Source: Piromyces finnis finn (taxonomy: Eukaryota > Fungi > Neocallimastigomycota). From it: a stretch of 64,000 bases of DNA. The DNA lies in the NCBI GenBank assembly GCA_002104945.1, contig MCFH01000009.1, forward strand, positions 310,001 through 374,000, read 5' to 3'. This document shows, one piece after another, positions 48,555-63,427 of the stretch. Every line of letters starts with the position of its first letter. Position 1 is the first letter of the stretch. The notes below the pieces were generated by a model that did not search any database, was not told the origin of the DNA, and was given only the letters and a program-made list of their open reading frames with translations. The position numbers were made by a program, and so were the translations under genes.

Positions 48555-49060
48555 TTAATTAATTGGTAGTGTTATCATCTTTTATAGAGAATGCAATGCA
48601 ATTTAATGAATTGCATAAAAATAGAGTTAGAAACTTAATTTATTTATGAAATTATTTTTAAATATTAAATATCTAAATACTTACTTCTTCACAATAAGGA
48701 CATTTTCCATATAAATAATTGAAACTTTTCTTGGTTGTTGTTAATGATCTCAACCATTCGAAGATACACTATTAAATATAAATAAATGCCTTTAAATAAA
48801 TGATTACTAATTATTATTTATAATTGCTTAAATAAATACCTTATAGTGGTACGGCTGGGAACATTTAACATTCTTACATTGCTTATCCGGTAGGAGTTTT
48901 TCTAATTTATCATCTTTTTCAATAGTAAGATAATGTGAATAGCAAATACCACATGCATCAGATATATCTGACAAAGACATTTTTTCTTTTTGTGGAAATT
49001 CAATATTTAATATCTTTTTCAAATTTTCATATATTGAGATGTTTATATTCCTATATATAT

Positions 49061-49121
<61 letters not shown>

Positions 49122-50742
49122 TAATAATAATAATGATAATAATGCGAATTATATATATATATATTTTTAATATAATTGTTAATATAAAGATAATTTACTA
49201 AATCATTTATATTTTATATATTAAAATACCATTGATGTTGTTTATTAATTAAAATCATAGTCCATTTTTGAACTAAATCGTCGGATCCCATAAATTGATA
49301 TATTGGGAAAGATCGGGGGTTATTTGGGTTAACTTGTATGTTGATTGAGCACTTTTTTTCTATTTAATAATTTATATAATTATTATTACAAATACAAAAT
49401 CTATGCTTATTCATTAATTCTTTAAATTATTATTGAATTATTATTACCTATAATAATTCTTCTATAATTAGAAGATCTTGGTGGATTAAGTGGTTCAATA
49501 ACCCATGTTTTTTTATCTATCTCTTCTAATTGACTCCTATCATTATTATAACACAAGTTTGATTATTATTCTACTGCTTATTTACTGATTATTTAATAAT
49601 CATTAGATTTTATTTTAATTTTATTTACCAAAAATTATTATATTTATCAAAAATCTATTATAATAATAAAAACAAAAATTTTAATATTTAAATATTAATC
49701 ATTAATATTACTGAAAATTAAAAATTATATATAATATAAATTTATTTTATTAAATATTAACATTTTTATAAAAATCCACAATTTTTGATAATTCATTAAT
49801 AAAATATTTATTATCAATTTTTTCAGGTATATCAGCTTTAATTTGAATGACTTCAGTGTTATAATTATATGGAAATATCAGGTCTAACTTGTGATTTCTA
49901 TTATATGAATCACTAATATAATATAAAATAATATATATATTTTAAAAAAAGAAATAAATAAAGAAATAAATATCATTATAACCAAAAAAAAAAAAAAAAA
50001 AAAAAATAAAAAATAAATAATTTTTTTTACTTTATATTTAATGTAAGAGAATGCAAATCAGATTTTAAATTGGAAATTTTATCCCATCCTATTTCATCAA
50101 ATTCTTTAATCATTTTTGATATATATTTTAAAGGATATTTTTTACTAGACAATAAAATTTCTTTTTTTTCCTTTATATTCAAAAAATTATTTTTAAAATA
50201 AAGAATATATTTATATTTATTTATAAAAAAAAAAGGTGAAGAATTTTAAAAAATAAACGAATGATAATTTAAACAATTTTAAATTTTTATTTTACCAATA
50301 AATCTTTTAAATCAATTAAAAATGTATTTAAATCAGAAGAATTTTGCAACATCTTCATTATAACATTTACAAAACACAGTAAATAATATATATAATTTAT
50401 TATGCCAATAAATATTGAAATTAATAAAAAGGAAAAATTAAATTAACGGTATATACTAAAAGATAATAATAATAATAAATTGCAAAAAAAAAAAAAAAAA
50501 TATTTAATAATAATAATAATAATAAAAACGTAACAAGAAACCTGTGATATAATTTTTTTATTGTCTTCTAATAAATTCGATAATTTTTCTGAATATATTG
50601 TTGCTGTTTTTATATTTGATGGGTCATCAAGTTTTATTTCAATTGGATATTCATGTTCTTCATTATTAATAAATAATTGAATAAACCCTACATAATGCTT
50701 TAGAGTATAATCACAAGGACTAATTAAAGGGAAATCTTTCAT
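48555..50742 (-). CDS. FANCL: Fanconi anaemia E3 ubiquitin ligase FANCL (ELF-URD/DRWD-RING), ~10 exons
   Basis: FPLISP..YVGFI (ELF); EFDEIGWDKI; FWSQLEEIDKKTWVIEPLNPPRSSNYRRIII; NPNNPRSFP..MGSD; RING DACGICYSHYL..PDKQCKNVKCSQPYHYKCIFEWLRSL..YGKCPYCEE. Confidence 0.93.
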
Positions 50743-50949
50743 ATTTAATAATTAATAATTTATTACTACTATTTATTTATTTTATATTTTAATTTTAACA
50801 CATTTTAATATGAAGATGAAGGCTCAATATCAACTCTTTTTTTTTAAAAATAAAAATATTATTTAATTAATATATTTTAAAATTTTAAAATATAGAAAAT
50901 TTTAATTTAGAAGTTTGAAAAATATGTTAAAATCAATAATAATAATATA

Positions 50950-50985
50950 TTATTGGATAAACAATAAATAACCAATCACCAATTA
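50950..50985. promoter_or_regulatory. Cluster of CCAAT boxes in the 383-bp divergent FANCL/ERB1 promoter
   Basis: ATTGG near 50952, then ACCAATCACCAATT near 50971-50984. Confidence 0.35.
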
Positions 50986-51125
50986 AGTTTTTATATTTTA
51001 AAATAATACAAACAAATTTTTTAAAAAAAAAAATAATAATAAAAAATTAAATTATTATTAAATATCAAAAAACAATAATATTATACTTTTTTTTTTTTTT
51101 TTTTAGATATTAATAATAGTTAAAA

Positions 51126-53856
51126 ATGAAAAGAAAAGCAGACCAAATCAGTAAAAAAGTTGAAAAAGAAGAAAAGGAAGAAAATAAATACGATAGTGAA
51201 GAAGAAGATAAAGCTTTAGAAAATATTAATATTGAAGAAAGTGATAGTGAAGAGGAAGAAGACAACGAAAATGATAATGAAAGTGAAAGTGAAAATGATA
51301 ATGAATATGAAATAGTTCAAATTAAAAAAGATGAAGAAAATGTAATTTTAAAATATATTTAAAAAATTTAATTTACATACTCATAATTTTTCTAAATTAT
51401 AATTTTTTTTTAATTCCGGATTTTAAATTTTATTTTTCTATTCTCAACAAATTATATTATTACAATATATATATATATCAATGTTTAATTTATTTAATAA
51501 TAATAAAGAATGATGAAGAAAATGAAGACGATAATGAAGATGGAGATGATGATGAAGAAAATGAAGATGATGAAGAAAATATTGAAGGTTTATCAGATGA
51601 CGAAAGTGAAGAAGAATTAGATGAAAATTACGTTTCTTCCTCCGATGAAGAAACCGATAATACTTTAAATAATAATTCAAATGAAGAAGAAACATTTGTT
51701 ACAGCAGATGGAAGAATTATGACAAACCCAACTATACCAGGTGTATTACCAAGAGAAGTTCATCCTGAAATTAACCCTATTTATGATAGTGATACTTCTG
51801 ATGAAGTAAGAAAACTGATAAAAACGATAATAATTTAAAGTTTAAAAATTCAAAATTCAAAATTAAATTTGAAATCACATTTCAATTAATAAATTGATAT
51901 AATTAATTTTTTTTTCAATTTTACTCTTTATCAAAACTTTAAATTAAAAAGGAAACCGAAAATACAATTGGTAATGTACCATTAGAATGGTATGATGATT
52001 TCCCACATATTGGTTATGATATTAATGGTAAGAAGATTATGAGACCAGCTAAGGGTGATGAATTAGATAAGTTCTTAGCTAAGATGGAAGATCCAGATGA
52101 TTGGTATGATAATTATGATACTTTTTATATTTCAATATTTTATGTAAAGGAATTCGATATTTATACTATTTATCTCTATGATATTATAATATTTTTATAT
52201 AATAATGCAAAAACTATAACAGGAAAACTGTTGAAGATGAAAAAACAGGAAAGAAAATTGTATTATCAAAGCAAGAACTCGATATGATTAGAAAAATTCA
52301 AGGTGGAGATTATGCTGATGGTTATGATCCATATGAAGTAATTATAATGACGCAAACAACAGATAAAATATAATTCCATTAAATTTAAATCCAAAAATTC
52401 AAATTTTAATCAATATAACTTTATATATAAATAAATATAATTTACATTTTAAATAATCACATTAAATAGCCATACGTCGATTGGTACACTAGCGATGTCA
52501 TGGTAACACCAATTAGTGCAGCTCCAGAACCAAAGAGTAGATTCATTCCATCAAAATGGGAAGCTAAGAGAGTATGCAACATGATTCTATTATGCCTATT
52601 AAAATAATATTATCTAGTTAAAAAAAATACCTTTAACTAATTTGTTAAAAACTCAAAATATAAAATTCACCTAAAATAATAATAAATAGATTATGAAAAT
52701 TGTACGTGCTATTAGAAAAGGATGGATTGTTCCAGGTAAGAAGAAGGAAGAAAAGCCAAGATTCTATGCATTATGGGATAATAATGATGAAGTTGAAGAA
52801 CGTCCAAATCATATTCCAGCCCCAAAACTTCCATTACCAGAAAATGATATGTCATATAATCCACCAGCTGAATATCTTCCAACAGAAGAAGAAATTGAAG
52901 AATGGAAGAAACTTGATCCAGAAGATAGACCAAAGAATTACCTTCCAAAGAAATATTCTTCACTTAGAGCAGTACCAGCATATGATAAATTTATTCAAGA
53001 AAGATTTGAAAGATGTCTTGATTTATATCTTTGCCCAAGAGTTAGAAAGAACAAAGTAAGTCATGATTTACTTTATAAATATGATAAATAAATAAATGAA
53101 ATATAATTGAAAAGGAAATTAATATATGAATAAAAAATTATTTTTCTAATTTTAAATAATCTATCATGAATAAAATTAAATAATATTAGTTCCAAATTGA
53201 TCCTGAATCACTTATTCCAAAATTACCAGATCCAAAGGATCTTCAACCATTCCCATCTTCACTTGCTATTACTTATAAGGGTCATACTGGAAGAGTTAGA
53301 TCCATTTCAGTTGATCCAACTGGCCAATGGCTTGCTTCAGGTAAATTAATAGTTAATATTTATTAGAAAAAAATATAAAGAATTAAATATATAACCATTA
53401 ATATAATAATATTGTCAAAAAAAAAATTTTTTTTTTATAATATAAATATAATTCAACAGGTTCTGAAGACAAAACTCTTAGAGTATGGGAAGTTGTTACT
53501 GGACGTTGCTTACGTATTTGGAAGATGGAAGAACCAATTACTAATGTTTCATGGAATCCAAATAAGATGTTCTCAATTATATCAGTTGTCTGGTAAATAA
53601 AATCGGTTTATTTGAACTAAAAAATTTAAATATAAATTTTAAAGACCTCCTTTATTAAAATCATACATTTATATTTTTACATAAATTTAATAACAATATA
53701 ATTTTTACAACAACAACAATAATAATTACAACTAATAAATAATAATATAAAAAAAAAGTGGTGATATTGTAAAATTAATTAATCCATTAATTGCATCTTC
53801 TGAAGTTCAACATAATACAGATGAATTCTTAAAGCCACATTCCGAAATTGAAAGTA

Positions 53857-53887
<31 letters not shown>

Positions 53888-55385
53888 GAATCATTTAATC
53901 AATCACCGAAAATTTGAACAAGGAAAAATTAGTATAAAATATTTAATTTAATTATTATTATTTTTTAATTTATATTTTAACAGAAAGTAAACATGTTGAA
54001 TGGGTTAACCCATCTACACCTGAATTTAATAATGGTATAAGACAAGTTATTAAATTTGAAAAGGTAAATCTATTATTTCAAATTTATAAAAAAAATCTTG
54101 AAGCATCAATTATTTAATGTATATATATTATTTACTTTAAAAATAATAGAATGTTACTTATCTTACATGGCATAGAAGAGGTGACTACTTTGCTACTGTA
54201 TCTCCAGATGGTAATAAAAATAAAAAAAAGAAAAAAAAAGAAGTTTTTAAAGAAAAATAAAAAATAATATATTTTTGAAAATTTCAACATAATAATAATA
54301 ATTTTTAAAAAAAAAAAATCTTTTTCTTTCTATTAATTAGCTGCCAGCTCAGCTGTATTAGTTCATCAAATTACCAAACGTCAAACACAAAGTCCATTCA
54401 AAAAATCAAAGGGTTTAGTACAAAGAGTTCAATTCCATCCATCGAAACCATTCTTATTTGTTGCTGTATGTATAAAAATATCTCTTTTGAATGATATAAC
54501 ATATATAGTATACATTTATTATAAATACAATTTTTCTTTTTATTAATAATAACAAAAAAAAAAAACATCAAAACAATAAATTCCTTCTATTTTTATAAAA
54601 TGTAGACTCAAAACTATGTTAGAATTTACAACTTGGTTAAGCAAGAACTTATAAAGAAATTACAATCTGGTGTTAAATGGATTTCTAGTATGGATATTCA
54701 CCCAGGAGGTAAATAGAACCTATTATTGATCCCTTAAAAAATAGATTTTATAATTATATTAGAGATAAAAAAAAAAAGGATTTTTTTTTAATATTAAATT
54801 ATCTCTATTTGTTTTAAGAAAAATAAAACTAATTATAGTATTAACCTGTCTAACCTTTAATAATATACCTAATCCTTCTTTTTTACATATATATAACTTT
54901 TTCATAAAAAAAAAAAAGGTGACAATTTAATTATTGGTAGTTATGACAAGCGTTTATGTTGGTTTGATTTAGATCTTTCTGTTAAACCATACAAAACATT
55001 AAGATACCATAAATATGCTATTCGTAATGTTTGTTACCACAAAAAGTATCCATTATTTGCCTCATGTAGTGATGATGGAAATATTAATATTTTCCATGGT
55101 ATGGTTTATAATGATATGTTACAAAATCCATTAATTGTTCCAGTTAAAATTATTAAGGCTCATGAAGTTACAGAAAATTTGGGTAAGAATTCATTCACCC
55201 TTTTTTTTTATATATATAGAATAGAATTAAAAATAATGTATAAAGAAAAAAATAAATATTTAGTGATTAATAATTTCATTATTTTATAATTAACAAAACT
55301 AGGTGTCTTAAACTGTGAATTCCATCCAATCCAACCATGGATATTTACTTGTGGTGCTGATACCAATATCAAATTATTCTCTTAA
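51126..55385 (+). CDS. ERB1: Ribosome biogenesis protein Erb1/BOP1, ~14 exons
   Basis: Acidic N-terminus; [39 protein letters not shown]; [14 protein letters not shown]; [16 protein letters not shown]; [14 protein letters not shown]; C-terminal WD40s ending [14 protein letters not shown]. Confidence 0.97.
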
Positions 55386-56183
55386 TTTAAAAAAAAAAAA
55401 GTAGTCTATAGAGTATCATTATTAAATTATTTATATAACACCATCACATTTTTTTTTATTATTATTCTTTATTCTATTTAATTTTTTTTTTTTAACTATG
55501 CACATTTTCTTTATGTATTGTCGAGAAAAAGAAAAAAAAAATTAAAAAAATATATATATAAAAATATTAATAATTAGAAGAAGAACAACATTTTTATTTA
55601 ATATAATAGTATTATTTATTTTTTTTTTCTTTTTTTTAAAAAGAATTTTTTTAAAAACTTTATAAATAAAGTTTAAAAAATATATATTATAAAAAAAAAA
55701 AAAAAAAAAATTAAAAGCCAATATCTTTATTTGAAAAGTGGATATACAAATTAGTCAAGGTGTAACTCTTTACGCAACTCATTATTTTTATAAAAACAAA
55801 ACAAAAAAAAACTTTTTTTTTATAGAATAAAATTAGTAAATAAAACGAAAAAAAAAAAAAAAAAAAAAACTTTAAGGATTTATATTATGGGGAAGAAGAT
55901 TATTTTAATGGTGGTGAAGGTTCTATGCATTAAAAAAAAAAAAAAGAAATTCTTTTTTTTATATATAGATTTCAAATATATTTTTTTTAAAATATAATTT
56001 TTATCAAGAATACATTATTCAAATTTTTTTTTTTTTTTATTTATTATATTTTCAAAGTATCACATGATTTTAAAGTTGTTTTTTCTTTTTTTTTTTTAAA
56101 AAAAAAATAAAGATAAAATTTTTTTTTAATTTTTTAATTTTTTAATAATAATTATTTTATAAATATATTAAAAAAAAAAAAAG

Positions 56184-57011
56184 ATGGAATTAACCGAAGA
56201 ATTAACTAAAACATTAATAAAAGAATCTCAAAAAGGTAATAATGAAAAAAAAAAAATATATTAAAAAATATACAGTTTTTAATTAAAAAAAAAAAAAAAG
56301 AGTCAAACTCTAAAAAAGTATATATAAATGAAATGGATTTCCCATCTAAAATTATAATTTCTTGAAATTTTTTTTTTTATTTTATTTTTCTTCACCCGTT
56401 ATTTTGTATATCTTTTATTCCTAAAAAAGCAAAAAGTTTTTCTTATTCCCCATATAGTAATTTTGCTGTTGGTGCTGCTCTTTTAACTAAAGTAATTAAT
56501 TTTCTTTTTAATACCCTAAAATTAGAAATTTGAAATTTCATTTATTCATTTTAAAAAATAAATATATATATAATATTTCTTTTTTTTTTTTTTTATTTTA
56601 TTTTATATTATAAACATTTTAAAAATATAAATTGTAAAAAAAAAAAGAGTGGAAAAATTTATACAGGTGAGTTATATCAAGAATGATTAATACAAAAAAA
56701 ATATAAAATCTATAAATTTCTTGAAGAAAAAAAAAAAAAATCATTTCTAATCATTTCATTAACTATTTTTTTTAAAAAAAAAAAAGGTTGTAATGTAGAA
56801 AATGCTTCCTATGGTAAATAGATAAAAGAAGAAAAAAAAGAATAAAAAGAATATAAAAAACCTTCCATTTTTATAAATTATACTGAAATATTAAAATATA
56901 TATATAATTTTAAATTGATACTATTTAAAAAAAAAAAAAGGTGGTGCTATCTGTGCTGAAAGAACAGCATGTGTTAAAGCTGTGGTAAATAAAATTTTAA
57001 TATTGAGGAGA

Positions 57012-57051
<40 letters not shown>

Positions 57052-57505
57052 TTGAATTCATATTTTTAAAACTTATTTTTAAAAAACTTTTTTTTTTTAA
57101 ATATATATATATTCATGGTGGTTATCAATTCTTTATTTAAATCTTTTATATTATAGAGTGAAGGTGAAAAAGAATTTGAAGCTATTGCTATTAGTTCGTA
57201 AGTTTATCCTCCTAATTAATTATTATTATTATTATTTCTTTAAACTTTCTTTTTATCAATTATATAATTAATTTAAACTTTTTTTTTTTTTCTTCTTTCT
57301 TTTTTATCCTTTTAAATACATTCTTTTTTAAACTTTTAGAAATTCTAAAGATTATATTCCACCTTGTGGTTTTTGTAGACAATTTTTAGTAGAATTTGGT
57401 ACTAAATTAAAGGTAATTTCCACCAAGAAAAATGGAGAATATAAGATTAATGTTCTTGAAGAATTATTACCAGATAGTTTTGGACCACATTCTTTAAATA
57501 TTTAA
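56184..57505 (+). CDS. CDD1: Homotetrameric-type cytidine deaminase, 7 exons including micro-exons
   Basis: Spliced: [76 protein letters not shown]. Confidence 0.95.
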
Positions 57506-57515
57506 AGAAAAAATT

Positions 57516-57547
<32 letters not shown>

Positions 57548-58026
57548 CTAATCGTATACAAAACTATTTTTTCCATAAAAAAAAATACATTTATAAAATA
57601 TAAAAATAAAAATTGAATAAATAAATATATATATATATATTTAATGAGTGTTTATGCAAAATATAAAAGTGAATGTGTTTTAATCTATATATAAACCTCT
57701 TTTTTTCAAGTCTTTTTTTTTAAAGTAATTCATTTATAAAAAAAAAAAAAAAAACTTTTTACTAAACATAAAAATAATAATAATAATTGATATATAAAAA
57801 TTTCTTTATTTTTTTAAAAAAAAGTTTTTTATTTTATTTACTTTAAGGATATATATATAATATAGTTTCTATAAATTTATGGAACATATTTTAATGCTTT
57901 ATGAACTACTTTTTTTTTTTTTTTTTTATAATTTGTAATAAATATTTGTGTATAAAAAAATTATTTTATTTTTCTTTCTTTTACTATATATAAAAATTTA
58001 AAAATTTGATTAATTTTTCATTAAAC

Positions 58027-60230
58027 TTAACTAGCTTTTCCTAATTCAATCTTCTTCTTTAATTTCTTTTCAGCAGTGTAAATAAATGAATCAATTATAC
58101 CAGCAACAGTAAATACACCACCAACAATAGCACAAACACCAGTTAAGAAACTAGTAAATGATTTTCTAGTTTCAGTATAAGTAACTAACATTGGGGAAAT
58201 TTCATAGTTAAAGAATACACCTTTTTTTTTTTTTTTTTTTGAAAATAAAAAGTAAAAATATAAGAATGAGTCACAATTATTCATCATTAAATATATAATA
58301 ATTTGTATATACCTGGTAAACCATAAACTCCTGAACCAATAGAAAAGTCTTGGTCGTGTTCAGTAACAGAATATTGATTACTTGGTTCTTCAGTACCATC
58401 TAAGTAAACAGTGTTGGTACTAACAATCTTGAGGAAATATTGGAATTGATATCTTGCTATTGACCATTTTTTTTAAAAAAAATAAATAAATATATTTATA
58501 AAAGGTATTAAAAAAGATTTCACTTTTTTTTTTTACAAACAAAAATAAAAAAAAAAAAAGATATAATATTAAATTTTAAAGAAAGGGGAGGGGAAAAAAA
58601 AACATACAAATTGAAGTTTCTTTTTGAGTGTCATCAAGTGGGTTAAATATTCTTTCTTGTGGCTTTCCAAATGAAATGCTGTGAATAATGTGACTGAAAT
58701 CAAAATCGGTAGATTTGTAGAATTGTTGGAGATCGTGAACATGCATACCATTTTGTTGGAAACTCTTACCTGGACTAGAGATATAAATTATTTAAAGATA
58801 ATAATATTAATAGGATTAATCAAAATATTGAACAAAATATTTTAATTCTAATAATATCAATATACAATAATATAATTGTTTATATAAATAACGTACGCAA
58901 AGTGGAAATTTCCGGCAACCTTGTTGACCTTGACAAAACCATGAACATTACATCCTTCGTTCTTTTGTTCTTCAACCTTATCACCATAACCTTCTCTTAC
59001 ACACTATACAATTAATTATATATTTAATAAGTTTTTTTCCTTTTTTTTTAAAAAAAATATTATATTGTTTATATTATATAAATATAAACAATAGTGCATA
59101 TATATATTAAATTAATTTCATCTATTTATGGTGGAATATTTACTTGTTCAACTTTTCCTGGATTATTGAATGACCAACCCTTAGCAGCATAAGCTTCTTT
59201 AACTTCATCACAAGTATTACAACAACCTCTACGAGCACCATAACAAGAACCACAGTAATTTGGTGGTAATTCAGCATCTTGATCACCTTCAATTTCAGAT
59301 TCACCGACGACTATTGTAATAAAAAAAAAAATTAGAATTATATACTTTTTTTAAAATTAAAAAGCAAATAAAGGATTTTTTAAAATAGTTACAAGAAGCT
59401 TCAGATTCAATGACATTTCCATTTGGATCTAATCTAGTCTTGTAAACATCATGTTCAATATCATTTTGCTTTTAAACCATTCATTAATATAAATATTTTT
59501 GGAGATTAAAATAGGAGGAAATAACATTATATTAGTATTAATAAAGGTTTGAAAAATAGATATAAAAATTTGATTATAATGATACTCACTTGTTCTCCAG
59601 AAACATCCATAACATCAACACTTAATACTATTTTTTTTATTATAAAAATTTTTCATATAAAAAAATATATATATTAGTTTTCTTTTTCCAATATCATTAT
59701 ATATATATATTTTTTTTATTCTACAAAAATAGTATAATTCTTTAGTATTTAAAACTTTTTATTCAAAATGACATACAATAACATGGCATATGTGGGAAAG
59801 TAATATTCATGAAAATTGACATTCTTTCTTTTCTAGATTTATCGACAGTTAATATTGGTTCAGTATGAACTTTTCTATAATCCAAAAATTCACTTATAAA
59901 TAAGAAAATAATAATGATAGAACTGATAATGGTGACTAAAATAATTGTAATAAAGAATTTTTCAAATATATTTATTTTTATTATATTATTATATATATAG
60001 TATATATATTGGTAGGATATAAAAAAAAAAAGTTAGTAAAGAATAAATTACTTTTTTAAAGTAAACACAACTTATATATAAAATATACTAATTATATATA
60101 TATGCTATATGTGCTATTTTTATTTTTACATACCAGCACCCCCTGCAAAGGTTTTAACCTTGAAGTCATCAAGAGGTTTGGCATAGGCATCAAACCTTTT
60201 AAAACCATTTGAAAGTTTACGTTGGAACAT
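58027..60230 (-). CDS. ERV46: ER-Golgi vesicle protein Erv46/ERGIC3, 9 exons
   Basis: FKRFDAYAKPLDDFKVKT..NITFPHMPCYLLSVDVMDVSGEQ..YCGSCYGA..CCNTCDEVKEAY..EGCNVHG..VNKVAGNFHFAPG..PGVFFNYEISPM..FLTGVCAIVGGVFTVAGIID..GKAS. Confidence 0.96.
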
Positions 60231-62551
60231 TGTTGTTTATATTAGTATATATGAATGAAGAGTATTATATTTGTTTATTTTTTTTTAATTTGTGTTGAAT
60301 ATTTTTTTATTTATTTATTGAATTTTTATGATTGATGATAATATTTTTTAAAAAAAATTTGATTTCTGAATTTTTTTTTTTTTTTTTTTTTTTACTCGTT
60401 AATAATATTTTTTTTTTATTTCAAATAAAAAAAAGGTCTATTATACTTTAAATCATATAAATTTTATCTATGGAATATATAAACAATATATATATGTAAT
60501 ATTATTTAAACAAAAAAAAAATACAAAGATGAGGGGAAATAAAACTATATATATGTAAAAAAAAAAAAAAAAAGATTATAAATTATAAACAATACAATAA
60601 ATATAAAATCCTTTTTAAATATTTAATGTTTTAAATTATAATTTATAAAATAAAAAAGAAATAATATTTTTTTTTATCTTTTTTTTTTTTCAAATTTATA
60701 TTTTTTTTTTTTTTAAATTCCTTCTCTTCTTTTTTTTTATTATTTCGTTTTTCTTAGTAGAAATAAAAAAAAAATAAAATAAAAATAATTTTTTTTTGTA
60801 TTAAAAAAAAGTGAATTTTCTTTTTTTTTTTTTTTATTAAGAAAAAAAAGAACAAAATTTTTAGGTGTGAGATGGTTGAATAAACAAAAATTCACTTTTT
60901 AAATTCTATTAAATCATAATAATTATTAAAAATGTATGAGAACGCTTAATATTTATTATTAAATAATATTATTTCTTACTCTAAATTTTTATTAATATAT
61001 TCTATTTTATATTCTATTATTTCATTAATATATTGATTCTATTGATTCTAATATATTATGAAATGAATGAATCTTTCACAACGTTTATTCTTACTATTGA
61101 TGGAAATATAAATGATATAAATTAAAAATTAATACATTTTTCATACATTAATATAAAATGTAATCTACGTTAAAAAAGGTGAAAGATGAACGAAATCTGT
61201 TGGATAAAACTAAAATGAAAATAAATTAAAAATAAAAAGAAAATGAGCGGTCGGTCGGTCGGTGCAAGCATCAAGGTAAAGGAGTCATATAAAAAGGAAG
61301 AGGAAGGTGGTTAAAAATGAAAAGAGAATTATTGTTAATATATACCCTTGAAATTAGTACACAATTCTTTATCACACAAAAAAAAGTAAATGTATAAAAA
61401 GTATATATATATCTACTTATTTCATCAATATAATAATTATATATATCATTACTAGAGTTACCTATTGGTACCCTTATACTACACTTTATACTTTTATGAT
61501 TAAATAACAGGATAGGACGTCTATAGTGTTTATTTATAATTTCAAATACATAGGTTAACAGAATTTAGAATAGAAGCAAAGAGTTGACTTAAATTGTCAT
61601 TAATAAATGTATATTATTAAAATGTTTTAAAATTAATATATATATATAATAAAATTTAAAAAAAAAAAAAGTATATGGATTAGTAGGAGATGTATACAAG
61701 ACATCCATTTCGAAAAAAAGAAAAGTATGCTTGGCCATGAATTAATGTAAAGGAGAACATAAAAAATGATGCTTGATCCATATTTAACTATCATATGATT
61801 TATATCTACAGAATAGATCATTCATAATAGATTTTTGTGTAATACAATAAAGTACGACATAAAAGATGCTTAACTTGATCCATTCTATTGAAACTACCTC
61901 TTTAAATCTACCCTCCCTTTTTCTTAAGTTCACCTTTTTAAATAATATTGAATAGGTTAGAAATCATTATTTATTTCTATGTACATAATTGGATAAGTAA
62001 TGTAGATAATGTAATAGAAATTAAATGTATGTAATGCTTATTATCGAATCGGTCGGTTAAAAAGGTGCTTTTAACCTATTTTCTTCTTATCTATTATAAA
62101 ATACTTAATGATTATTAAGATAAATGGGAGAAGGGTATAATAATTATCTCTTTATTCATATTATATAACTTTTCTATTATATTATAATATATATATTATA
62201 TATAAATATTTTAAACTTGTTACATACAAACTATTTTCTATTCTATAAAAAAAAATTTTTTTTTCAACTATTTTATAATTGAACCATTGATTCCTTTCAA
62301 TCTATTATAATACATGTTATGAAGATCTATTAGGTATCCATAAACTTTTTATTTTATAATTACTAAAAAAAACATATTAAAAATGGATGTAAAAATAATA
62401 TATAAATTTTATTCATTTATTTTAAAAAGTTAAGCTTTTTTTTGTTATTAATAGGAATCTATTAAATTTTAATTATTAATAAAAAAAAAGTTTATTATTT
62501 ATATGTATTATTATAAATACTAGGGAGAATGAAATATTATTTTAAGGTGAA

Positions 62552-62820
62552 AATGAATAATGAATAATGAATAATGAATAATGAATAATGAATAATGAAT
62601 AATGAATAATGAATAATGAATAATGAATAATGAATAATGAATAATGAATAATGAATAATGAATAATGAATAATGAATAATGAATAATGAATAATGAATAA
62701 TGAATAATGAATAATGAATAATGAATAATGAATAATGAATAATGAATAATGAATAATGAATAATGAATAATGAATAATGAATAATGAATAATGAATAATG
62801 AATAATGAATAATGAATAAT
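62552..62820. repeat. Perfect heptamer tandem repeat (AATGAAT)n, ~38 copies
   Basis: Direct reading; intergenic. Confidence 0.95.
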
Positions 62821-63391
62821 TGTATATTTATTGGGATGATAAATCCTTTATATGTTCTATATCAATGGTTTGTTGATGATGGACATGCTTGTATTATAAG
62901 TAAGAAAAATGATTTTTTTTTTTAAAAAAAATTTATTAATTTTTTACTTTTTTAAATTAATAAAATAAATTTATTATAATATACTACAATATACTGTAAT
63001 ATATATTACAATATATAATTTTATAAATTTAAATTTTTAATTAAAAAAGTGGTTTAACCACACCATGCCATAGATGAAAAAAAAAAAAAAAAAAAAAAAG
63101 AGGGAACAATACCATCAATCACTAAGAAATAAAGGCATGTGAAAATATATTATATATATGTATATTTTATAGGAAATCTCTAAACACTTTTTTTTTTTTT
63201 TGGTTTAATCGCTTAATGATACTTTAAGTCACTTTTATAATTAAAAACACCTAATTTTTGTTTTAATTTTTTTTTTTTTATTTTTATTATTATTATTGCT
63301 TTTTTTTTTTAATAAAAAAAATCGTCAGATAGTTTAAAAAAAAAAAGAAAAAGAAAAAATCAAAATACTAAAAAAAGGAAAATTCATATTT

Positions 63392-63427
<36 letters not shown>

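Noticed and set aside
61170-62070. GC-richer patches, (CGGT)n and an imperfect ~100-bp-spaced repeat as ncRNA or transposon
   Set aside because: No C/D or H/ACA boxes, tRNA fold, terminal repeats or sustained ORF could be supported.
62552-62820. Heptamer array as an interstitial telomere
   Set aside because: It lacks the G-rich strand typical of fungal telomere repeats, and genes continue on both sides.
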